Of a stretch of DNA of 64,000 nt, positions 26,470 through 37,393 are shown piece by piece. The position numbers and the translations under genes were made by a program. The stretch is from Chlorokybus atmophyticus (Eukaryota > Plantae > Mesostigma and Chlorokybus algae). The notes below the pieces were generated by a model. It had not been told where the DNA came from and did no database searches. It was given only the letters and a program-made list of their open reading frames with translations. The stretch covers positions 1,039,932-1,103,931 of the forward strand of contig RHPI01002090.1 of the NCBI GenBank assembly GCA_009103225.1, written 5' to 3'. How positions within the stretch are numbered: position 1 is the first letter of the stretch; each line of letters begins with the position of its first letter.

Positions 26470-27625
26470 ACTTATCCTGGGTCCTGTATACAGCCCCCCT
26501 TGCTGCATGCACAAGTGGTCTCACCTGCAGCTCCTGCTCCCCTCCCAGCCAGAGCGCAACCACCTTCCGCGGCACCAGTCCTTCGTGCACTGCCATCTCC
26601 TCCACGAGCAGCACCGGTGATTGCGGGGCAACAATCCTTCTTGCCGCCACCGGCGAGACCACAGCACAATGCAACAACCGATGTGGCTTCTGCACCTACC
26701 TTACCCCACCCGCTGCAAGTTGAAGCCGGCAGTCTGCCCCAAACTCAGGTACTCCATCAGTAACTGTGACTCTTGACTCTTGTATGCGCATGCAGCAGGG
26801 GTCACCACCTGCCAGCGAGTCATCAGAGGAGCTGGCCGCAACCCGCCGGCCATCAGTCATGCTAGGTGGCCAGCTCGCCTCATGGGACCACTTCAATGCG
26901 CCAACGGATGGTAACTGCTTCTACCATTGTGTATTTCGCGCCAGGCCATCCATAGCGCAAAGTGTCCTGGATGATCACAAGTGCCCTAGCTCGAGCAGAT
27001 TTTGGGCCTTGCTGGACACCATATTCGTCCTTTGCAACATTGTGAGCCATCTTATCCTGGGTCCTGTATACAGCCCCCCTTGCTGCATGCACAAGTGGTC
27101 TCACCTGCAGCTCCTGCTCCCCTCCCAGCCAGAGCGCAACCACCTTCCGCGGCACCAGTCCTTCGTGCACTGCCATCTCCTCCACGAGCAGCACCGGTGA
27201 TTGCGGGGCAACAATCCTTCTTGCCGCCACCGGCGAGACCACAGCACAATGCAACCGATGTGGCTTCTGCACCTACCTTACCCCACCCGCTGCAAGTTGA
27301 AGCCGGCAGTCTGCCCCAAACTCAGGTACTTTATCGGTCACTGTGACTCTTGCCGTCTACAGTTGGACACACCATGTAAGTGCTGTATGCGCATGCAGCA
27401 GGGGTCACCACCTGCCAGCGAGTCATCAGAGGAGCTGGCCGCAACCCGCATACGGCCATCAGTCATGCTAGGTGGCCAGCTCGCCTCATGGGACCACTTC
27501 AATGCGCCAACGGATGGTAATTGCTTCTACCATTGTGTATTTCGCGCCAGGCCATCCATAGCGCAAAGTGTCCTGGATGATCACAAGTGCCCCAGCTCGA
27601 GCAGATTTTGGGCCATGCTGGACAC
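26470..27625 (+). repeat. Direct tandem duplication (~580 bp) of the 5' end of the OTU gene
   Basis: ~26470-27020 and ~27050-27625 are near-identical; the first copy is truncated just after the DGNC motif (FWALLDT). Confidence 0.88.
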
Positions 27626-29787
27626 CATGGACGACGACGGCAGGGGGCACACTCTCCGCAAAATCACCGCCAAGGCTGTCGATGCAGGCGTGGCGAGCAG
27701 AATCCTAGACTTCTGCAGAGCCACTGGTGCCGCGGGAGAGATGGCGCAGTATTACGACAAACTGCCTGCGACCATGTTGGCTGATATCAACTGCAACATT
27801 GACCTAGCCATGGCCAAGGTGCGACAGATCGTGCGGAGAAAAGATGTGTACGTCGAGCACCTGCAGATGACCATGTTTGCCAACAAGCTGGGCTTGTTGA
27901 TTGGCTGCGTGACCGTTCAGCGCGAGCATGGGGAGTGGGTGCCACGGCCCGGCAGCGCAGTTTGGGTTGGAAATAAAGAAGCCCCCAACTCAGTCCTGGT
28001 GGTGGGCAACACTGCTCCTGATGAGCCAGAAGCACACTTTTGGCTCCTCAAGCCTGCAAGCACCGAACAGTGGTCGTGGCCTATGCATGAAGTGCCACCG
28101 GAGGTAACACACCTGATCGGAGAGTGGCGGCATGGCGTTGCCAATTCCCCGCTACCACCGGCTGTGACCCAGAGTGCTGCGCCAACGCCTCAGGCCTCGC
28201 CTTCGTGTGCTAGGCAAGAAGTAGCCGAGTGTTCTGCACATCCTGCCTCCCCTCAACCACAGCCACATGCTCGCAATCCCAATCCAGCACCCTCCCTTCC
28301 TGCCGCGGAGATCCACTTGCCACCACCGCACTCTGACCATCCGGAGGCATCTCCATCAAGAAGCAGCTGTAGCTCGCCCTCTCCCTCTAAGCTTGCCACA
28401 TTGATCCCAGCCTGTCTTGTTGGTAAAGAGATTGATCGAGGTGTCCTGAAAGCTGCGCTGAAAGACAAAGGCTTCATGCTCGACCTCATGAAGCAACATG
28501 AGGTCGTGGAGGAACGGGAGGCAACCAACAAGCGCAAGGCTGTGGAGCAAGAAGATAACGCCTTACCTCCTCTGAGTGACAGTGCCACGGAGAGCGCCTG
28601 CCAGGATGTGCAGGGTGACCAAAAAAAAAAGAAGAAGGTTGTTGGAACAAAGGACGCTGACAGGACCAAAAAAGGAAAGGTGAGGCATCGTTACAACATT
28701 AGAAGAAGCACAGCGCCTTGAAGCCTCACTGGGGCTGAATGTGTGTCCTGAGTAGGCACAGGCGGGTTTACAGCGTCAAGTGGCTGCTCAGCATCGTCCA
28801 GAGAGACAGCCGGTGCGGCACGAGCTGCCTAAGCTCAAAGCACCGACGCGCAGACGCTTTGGGGGGCTGACTCGTAGTGCAAAGGAGTTGATCACCCTAC
28901 AGTACGCCCAAGACGCGCTGCATCACCCGCATGCGGCATGCCTCGAGGTGGGTGACGTTTGCAATAAGTGGGAGCAAACGCGGAGAATGCGGTCTAAACA
29001 GACCTCTGGGGATTGGCCGTGGTTGGAACCCATACACGATATGGCCATCCGTAGTACGTTGTTGCCCCTCGCCGTCCTCGATATGATGGTGTTGTTGCTG
29101 CCGCAGCACCCCGGCAATGTGCAAGAGCTATCTGCGGAGCAGAACTTCGACCTGCTGCAGCAGATGTACCTGTCGATGTCGACTAATGCGGGTCGAGATG
29201 TGTGCCACTACCTGAGCAAACATACTGGGTGGCAAGTAAAACCATTCGAGCTGTACTTGGCATGCTTTGGCTGGCAGTGGCTGTATGTCGTACGGCACGT
29301 CGAGCTGATTCTGTGGAAGCTCGAAGAAAATGACGATGCGGTGGAGTACACAAGTGACGACAGCCATGTCGAGGGCCTGGATGAACGCATGCTGGACGAG
29401 ACCACCAAGACCAGCAGGTGGTGTATGGCGGCAGATGGGCGTCAGGTGATCGAGCAGGCAGTGGAGCGTTATGCTGCGCCATTCAGATGGGAGTCGCTAC
29501 GCCTGCGACGCGATAACAGAGTTTGGTGGCAGAGGCAGCTTGCACACCCGCGTGCACCATGTGTGCTGATTTGTCGCATTGAAGAGCCACCCCCCCCAGC
29601 GGATGGGGAGACGCCCTGTTGCAAGAAAGCGATGTGCCATGTCTGCATCATAGCACATCAGAAGACTGTGGCAAATAAATCAAAGAATCTACAAGCGTGT
29701 CCATTCTGCAAGCAACCTCACCCGTTTTGGTCGCCACGCCTGATGCAAGACGCCAACGTGTCGGCGGTGATTTGGCCCCCGCCTTGA
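27401..29787 (+). CDS. OTU-like cysteine protease plus C-terminal RING finger (two ORFs joinable by an in-frame intron 28680-28773); a Pro-rich upstream exon is likely
   Basis: PTDGNCFYHCV (D-x-x-C) and EAHFWLL (His). CVLIC...PCCKKAMCHVC...ACPFC is RING-like. Donor AAG|GTGAGG and acceptor TTTACAG|CGT are both phase 0. Confidence 0.68.
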
Positions 29788-30414
29788 TGCCAATTGTGCA
29801 TGTATTGTAGTTTTGTGTTGGCTTCCTGTGAACCATGTAGGTACATGTATAGTTGCAGCATGGTGCATGGTGCACCAGAGATCTGCTGTTGTTAGAAGCA
29901 TTGGCTATACATGTGTATGATGACTGCCCGGCGCATGAGTCAGTGCATGGCTTGCATACCTCGCTGGTTTAGAGCGTGGTTGACAGCAACAAACTCGGAC
30001 AGCGCTCTGGGCTCCATGGCATGACAGCACAGTATTACTCTACGAATGTGGTAGTATGCGAGTATCCTTGTACTGTAGTACCATTAACAGATAGAGTACC
30101 ATTCATGTTGATGTAGTACCATGCATTGCACGCACGTAGGTGCACATAGACCAGCCCCCCGTAGCTGTGCTAGCTTGCTGTGTGGTTGTAAGCTGTTGGC
30201 TCTATGGTTAATGATGGTTGGTCTTGTGTGCTACTTGTGCTAATGGCCCCGACTGCTATACCATATGCATGGTACTGCAATAGCGTATAAGGTACAGTCG
30301 TGCTTCACTTGAAGTTTGACCCATTTAGGGTTCGTAAGCTGGCAACCCTAAATTGATGCCCATACCCTAAAGTCTCGCTCAGTTTGTGGGCAGCCGTGCC
30401 GATTCCTATTTTGC

Positions 30415-32140
30415 ATGATGTCGGCGGCAGCAGTTGAATCACCCTCACCTAGGAGACCATGCTTGGTGTGCCCACAATGCAATGCGTACGTATGTGCCAA
30501 TGGCCGTAGGCAGCAAATGCGAGCACACTTGACCGAATGCCAGCGAGTGCATACATTGTGCCACGGTTTTAGTGCTGCTTGCTGGCATCACACCACACAC
30601 AATGTCGACGTGTTTGGCTGCCGCCTCGGCCAAGTGCTGTGCAAGGAACCCGAGTTTTTCCATTGCGTGCAGTGCGTGTGCGAATCGTGCTCGCGCTCAT
30701 GCTTCGAGTGGCGAGGGGAACCCATGCGCTTCTTCACATGGACAACACCGGGACATGTGGTTAGTGGACAGGTGGTGGATGCTGTGGAGGTAATCCACAA
30801 GAGTGGACCGCGACGTATCACTGCATGTTATGTTGGGCGTATGCTTATTTCATGCATGTTGAAGTTGTCGCATTCAGAGCAGTCTTGCACGGTGTGGGCG
30901 TGGGCAGTTCCATCCCCTGGCCGTTGTAGAGGAGGCAGACCATCGACCGTTGGACAGCGCACTGCATCGGCTGCGGAACGCAGTTAAGTTGGGATGCGAG
31001 CAGCTGATCGGTGTGAGTGTCATGGTGCATTGGCCGCTGGATGGGGAATGGTATGCGGGCGTTGTGGAATCATTCAAGCAAGCGTCAGGTCAGCATCGCT
31101 TCGTGGCGTGCGAGATTGAGGACGCATCATATATGCATGGTGCAATGGAAAATGTCTTTGCAGGGCAGCACCGTATAGTATTCGATGACGGTGATCGACC
31201 ACAAACCATCAACTTCAAAGGGCACAACGTATTCGCGTACACATCAGTTGACGGGGCACGCCATGTTCTGCGCGCCGGAGGGGAGAACGTCAGTCGCAAA
31301 GTAAGCCCGGACGGCATCATTATTAGTCCCTGGCCAGCACCACGGCCAGCCTTGACCATATACACGCCATTTGACAACAAGCTGGGACGCACACGCAGAC
31401 CAAGGGCACTCGACCTATTCTGCGGCGGTGGCGGTGCCAGTGTCGGTCTATACCACGCAGGCTTTGACGTGACCGGGATGGACATAAGTCCCTCCTCTGA
31501 GTACCCGCTGCCCTTCCTACACCGCGAAGTATGCACCCTGAGTGCAGGAGAGCTGAGCGAGTACGAGCTCATCTGGGCCAGTCCACCATACCAGGCCTAT
31601 TTAGGTGCTATCCCGGCACCTTAACGGGCGGCACATGGCACATCCTGGAGACACTAGGATATGATACCGCTCGTCCGACGTCTGCTGCTTGCAAGCCAGG
31701 TTAAGTTTGTGATTGAGAATGTGCCAGGAGCAGCTTCCTCATTCAGACCCAATCTGTCCCTTTGTGGCACGATGTTTGGCCTATCAACTTTCCGACACCG
31801 TCTGTTTGAGACACAGCCAGTGGTAGCTACCCCACCAGCACGCTGCTCGCACGCGGGCAAGGCAGTTGGACTGCTATCGCCGCACCTGTCCGCTAGCGCG
31901 AAGAAGACAATCGTGACATCAAACGCGCCACAGCAGATGTACCCGGTCTATGGCCTTCCAAGCACCAGGGGCGGCATTGCTGCGTGGCAAACAGCGCTGG
32001 GAGTGCCATGGATGACCTCGGCCGTTTCCATAGCGAATGCAGTTCCTCCCGCAATGGCGGAGTGCATAGGGCGTCTCATGCTTGAAACAATGGATATGCG
32101 CTGTGACTACCCTCCTGTGTCATGGAACTATGAGGCTTGA
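30415..32140 (+). pseudogene. Cys-rich region + Tudor domain + C5-cytosine DNA methyltransferase (short phage/bacterial type), damaged in this copy
   Basis: Tudor: LIGVSVMVHWPLDGEWYAGVVESF..SGQHRIVFDDGD. MTase: motif I ALDLFCGGGGAS, motif IV WASPPYQ (Cys->Tyr), motif VI VIENVPG, motif VIII RHRLFE, motif X ANAVPPAMAECIG. Two in-frame stops near 31622 and 31655. Predicted introns 30790-30877 and ~31089-31163. Confidence 0.88.
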
Positions 32141-32424
32141 GTGTGGTGCACTGTATTGATGCTTAATGCCACACGGCGGACTGATTGTTGAATGTTGCAT
32201 GGATCATTCGATTGTGGTGACAGTTGTGCAGTGACAGCTGCCCGGTATTGTACACGTCCACATGCAAAAGTCTTAGCATACGATTAGCAATGCCTAACTG
32301 ACTGATATGCTCCAAACTGAGAGTAGTGAGACAAGTACATGTGTCACGTGGAAGTGCAGTGAACGTTCACCCAATACTTGCCCTCTTGTACACGGGCGCT
32401 GTCCTCGTCAAACATGGGGAGCAG

Positions 32425-35400
32425 CTAGACAATGCCTTTTACTTGCTCCAGAGTCACGACATCGAGATGTGGACCGCCTCGACGCTTTTCCCATTCCAGA
32501 GCGATGCACTTTGTGTCGCTCGTCACATCTAGCTTCGTGTACCAGCGGACAAACATGACCTCCTTCCACACGCGCTCGCCGCTACCACCCCACACCACCA
32601 CGCGCAAAAAAAGGAGTGCCTGAGCCCACCACGTCACGTTCACACCGTCCTCATCATCTTCCAACTCAAGTGTAGAGAACCAAGGCCGCCCATGGAACAT
32701 CCCAGTTGCGCGCGCCATGCTGACTCCTGATGTCATGTACACCGCTGCGCCTCCGTTCACCACGCGAACAGCACGCCACCCGTCGGCCAACTCCAGTTGT
32801 TCCCTCCTCAACCAGCTGTCCAGGGTGGCAGGCAGCTTGTCGGCAAATGGAGTCTTCAAGGCGACTTGGCGGCTACGCGCAGATCCGCTCAAGTACGGGC
32901 TGGACTCCCTCCTTGTCAGTACATCCATCCGTAGCAACTTGTCCGTCTTCTCCATAACATTACAGCACTGCTGCCGCGCCTGCGCCATGACCGAGCGCAT
33001 ATCGGGATCCACGACCATGCCATCCTCTCTCACATATTCCGCACAGCTCCATGCCTTCAGGATACGTGCCTGGTAGTCCCGGTTGTTGCCACCACGCGCC
33101 CACCGTTTGATATTTTCGTGCGTCTGCTCCATGCGGTTGGCGCTGAACCAATCTGGGTGTCCACTGCTGACAACTGCCGGCCCAAAATGAGTGAGCTGAT
33201 GCATCTTCTCGATTTTCCAACCTGACTTCTGTGCAGAATATGACGACAGTAGCGGATGCAGTACTGCAGCTTGAAAGGCAGCCAGCTCGTTGTCGGCTGT
33301 GGTCAGCGTCTCTCTTGTGTGTTCATGCGCCTTCAGCAACTTCTTGTTCCACTGGGCAAGCGATGCGGCAGCAATGGTGAAGAAATCGTTGCCCTCACTG
33401 TCGAGCAGCAAACCGTCTGCGAGTACCGGCAGCAGCTGCAGCACCGCCACTTTCTCCACCACCTGAAAGGAGTGGTCGGATAGGAAGAAATCTACTGTGC
33501 TTGTGGGTGCCTTGAAGTGCGAAACCCGCAGAGTCGCCTTGCATGCATCAAGCCTGTGCACATCTGCTCGTGAGCACGTGTTGTTGGCTTTTGTGTTCAA
33601 CACAAAAGCAACACCAAAGACGTGCCTGGCCTGCAGAATCTGTCTCGTGGATGGACGCATTCGTTCCTTCGCGGCGTCGTACATAGCAGCAAGCAGGTGG
33701 TCAATGATGCCTCCCAGCACATGCATTGCGTCAGGGGCAAGACGAGAGTAGCAGTCAGCTCCCGGCACCCGCGACTGTTGCCAACCCCACAGTGCATTCT
33801 ATTGCCAAACCACATTGCCTGGTTTTACGGAAAGCCATTCATCCTCACGAATGCCGGTAATTTGACCATTACCTCCTCGACTTGCATGGAGTGCTGCTCT
33901 TTGAAAGCCTTGGCTGTCTGGCGTGCATTCCTAACACCGCTATGCAGGTCCGCCCGCAGCTGACGTATTGCTGGTGTGTAGAAGGCCTCGGTTCTCAATT
34001 CCCGGTCCTCATCCATCTCCAACAGATCTGATTTGGTGACGAGACAAACATCGCAAGGATGTCGTGTTTGGTTGCCCGACACAGTGCGTGCGAGTGTGGC
34101 AGTCTCCTACAACACGACAAACTCAGATGTTCTACTGACAACATCCTCCATGCACTGTTTGCTGGCGGGCTGCATCCGGTTACAACCATTCATGCCCACT
34201 ACCTGCAAATCGCTGATGTAGTTGGCAAGCGCGGGAAACACACGACGCTCGATGCCATTCGGGTCGATGAGCTGCAGACCTTCCCAACTCGCCCGCTTCA
34301 CATCCCCTAACACTACATTCAAAGCGTCATGAAAAATCTCACGTTTCCGAATGGAGAACGATTCCTTGCCCTGCGCCCAGGTGGGATGCCCGGCCACTGC
34401 GTGAACCACCGGCAGAAGCGCTATCATAACAACCCCCATGTTGCTAGCATACATGTCCCAACTGTAGTTGGCAAGCGATGCCATCAGAGGGTAGCCAGAG
34501 CGCTTGCCCGCGCTGTCCAGCGTGGTCTTGTCACTGTACAGAATGGCAGGCGCCAAGTAGGACGCTTCCCCCACCTCTCTCCTCAAATCCACCTCCACAT
34601 CCTTCCACCAATCGCCCGTGGAAGGATGGCCAAAGCTGTGCTCGTCACCAGTGTACTGGAGATTGAAGCCATTGGCGGCATGTGGATTGCCATACAACCG
34701 CGCGAGCCATACCTGCTCCGACCAAGAGCATTACTTACTATGCTGGCCTCAGAATAGATACTGCATCGATACTGCATTAGGTACTGCATTTCACAGACCT
34801 TGGCCGGCATATATGTGACGCAGATGTCCTGATCCTCAGGGTCTCCAGGCTTGCGCAGGTCAGCCGTCACGTAGTTCTGATACGGCAGCACACTCGCATG
34901 TGCATATGTGACATGGCTCTGATGGTTGAAGCACATGCACCGCACACCGTGAACACACCTCAGACTGAGAGAAAGCAATCGTGGTCCGGAGGTAGCTGGC
35001 CACATGCACACCGGTCTCCCACTGGAGCTCTTCCGTCAGGAAGTGTGCATTTCGGATGCACTTGATGATCCGCCCCATGTCGGAGGCCGACAGGCCTTGG
35101 CCGTTGTTGCACTGCACGAATGCCACTGCAAGAGCATGCTCCGAGCCATACCACCTGGATTCCGACGCGTGCGAAGGGACGCCTCCACTTCCATGTTGGC
35201 GTGCCACAGGTTTCTCAGGCACACGCACACATCGAAAGCCCTCGTTCACTTCCTCCTCCTCCTGTTGCTGCTGTGCGTGTGTCTCCTGAAGGAATCCTTC
35301 AGCATCAAGCATGTGAGCATCCTGGATCGAACTCCCCGGTTCAACATGACCCGCATCGTACTGTAATGGACGCTGGCCGACATACAGCTTGATCTGCTTG

Positions 35401-35483
35401 CACACCCTGCTGCTAATAATGTGCATGTAGACCGAGCTGCGTGTGGCGAAGCGCATGTGGCAATACGGACAAAGGACTCCCAT
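32425..35483 (-). CDS. Plavaka-family transposase with an N-terminal C2H2 finger, multi-exon
   Basis: CPYCHMRF..YMH; HPSTGDWWKD; LYSDKTTLDSAGKRSGYPLMASLAN; FHDALNVVL..G..RRVFPALANYISD; HPCDVC; PDAMHVL; KMHQLTHFG..G..E..HENIK. Confidence 0.85.
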
Positions 35484-35640
35484 ATCTCACTACTAACGTC
35501 GACACAGGTGTCGCCAATGTAACCTGCATCATATCCAGCAACACGCACACCCGCCGCCGCCGCCGCCGCCGCCACCGCCACCGCTACCGCTACCCTTGCA
35601 TGCCAGAGGCGGGAAACTTGGCCGCCAGTCACTGGCTCCG

Positions 35641-35833
35641 TCGTACCATTATAATGGTACGATCGAGCCATTGAACGTCCAGGGTGAGTCTGGATATATA
35701 TATATATATACATATATATTCTGATTGAACCGTTTCAATGGTACGAAGATGCCTTTGCCCCAAGGTATAGGCATTGTACAAAGGTACCATTGAAATGGTA
35801 CCTTTGTACAATGGCAATGGCAGTTCGTACCAT
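35641..35833. promoter_or_regulatory. Second ATGGTACGA cluster plus a perfect 20-bp inverted repeat upstream of the transposase
   Basis: Copies at 35641 (reverse), 35654, 35738 and 35825 (reverse); cattgtacaaaggtaccatt-ga-aatggtacctttgtacaatg at 35772-35813. Confidence 0.5.
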
Positions 35834-35976
35834 TGACAACTCTGGCAATGTCAGTCCCCCTGCGCATGAAAACACCATTGATAGCTCCGCCAAGCTATGC
35901 CCTTACAGGGGCGTGATGCCGAGGGTATGTGGCGTTTGGAAGATCGTTGGCGGCGCTGCCAGGGGCGTAGTGGGCA

Positions 35977-36850
35977 TTGTGGTCGAGGTCCGGGATGAAT
36001 TCCATGTTCGCACAGGGCGGGCAGGGTGCCGGAGGGGTGTCCTCGGTGTCAAACCCCACCAAGACTACCAAGGGCACATCCAATGACAACAGTGACTCGG
36101 GCGATATCTTACAGGGCTCCCCCTCCGAGTGGGCAAAGGCACACCACAATACTGCCTCTAAGAAAATCCGACCCACCAGCAGCTGCGACCACGGCGACAT
36201 GATTGAAGGGACCAAACAAGACTGGCATAACCAAGGTGGGTTACGATGCACTGTCAATGCCACATGCTAGGGTTCTTTTATCTTGCACATGCACAGCCTC
36301 AAGTATCTTGCACTTGACATACATTGTCAATACGACATGCACACCCTCATGCACAACCTCCAGTGTCATGCACATGAACAGCATGACCAATCTCGCAAAT
36401 GCACAGCCTATTTCTACTTGCGGGAGCTCACAAGTCGCAAAAGAAAAGCTGCGGAATCAAACGAACGGGTAATCTATGACCTAGTTTAATGTTTCCAGCG
36501 GTAATTAAGCAGTATGCTTGCAGATTGCCATGTTGGTCAGAGTGAACCAAGAGCAGCGCGGCAGGCTGACTGTCTGCCTGGCGGAGTGCAACAAAGCGGA
36601 AGACGAGGTAAGCGTGTGTATGCTGATGGGCTAGTCCTCTGGCAGCACGCCACTCTTACAGCATTACCAAATGCAGGTGGTCACTCTCAAAGCGACCATC
36701 AAGCGCATGCGCGTGCACGGCGAGGCGCTGACATTCAAGCTGAAAAACGAAGTAGCCGCTGTACTGTCAGCGAGCGAGGCAGCGGATGAAGATGACTCCG
36801 GCGTTGAAGCAGAACACTCGTCGGAGGAGGAACAGGAGGAGGGGGTTTGA
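35977..36850 (+). CDS. Small multi-exon hypothetical protein with an acidic tail (cargo gene), possibly damaged
   Basis: Exons IAMLVRVNQEQRGRLTVCLAECNKAEDE|GTAAGC and CAG|VVTLKATIKRMRV...SEEEQEEGV*. Upstream exons are uncertain. Confidence 0.4.
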
Positions 36851-37393
36851 GGAGGAGTTCTTAGGCAGGCACCACGGGTTGACAAGCTGCGCATGAGTCC
36901 GACAGCTAGACTCAATGTTATAGGATAGTTTCATGCGCAAGTCGGCTGCTCAGTTGTAAGTGGACATACTCTCACCACTGCCCGTACATTGTATATATTG
37001 TGGGCTTTTAGGTGCAAGACCAAACAATCAGTCCAAGGTTTGTACAAGCTGCATGGCATGTTAGTGTTGGCTTACGGCAAGAATTGCCAACTTTTGTCAA
37101 ATGGCAAGGGTCACATATTAACAGCAGTGTAACGGCAAAGAAAATGCCGGCTATTGCTGTCAGCTGTCCGTAACTACCGGTCAACGGCCGTCTGTGCACA
37201 TCGACCAAAGGGTAACTTGTTGACAACTCTCGGCCGGTTAGTGCCACTGACAACCACTTTTGGCCCGCGGCCGTCTGCGTCAGTCCACTTAAGCCAACGG
37301 CAAACCCAACAGTCCAAAAGTAATATTTTAGGCAGGCTCAGGCACCAGTCAGTCCCTCAGTCCTTAGTCAGTCACCGTGTAAAATTTGCGACG

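Larger units (their letters stand above)
23337..37393. mobile_element. Plavaka-type (CMC/EnSpm-related) cargo-carrying DNA transposon, ~14 kb
   Basis: Interrupts copy A between the PRW and GPF codons. Ends share the inverted core CGTCGCAA (left CCCGTCGCAATAT; the right end lacks the terminal bases and no clean TSD is visible). Has a subterminal tandem array and an internal Plavaka transposase. Confidence 0.85.
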
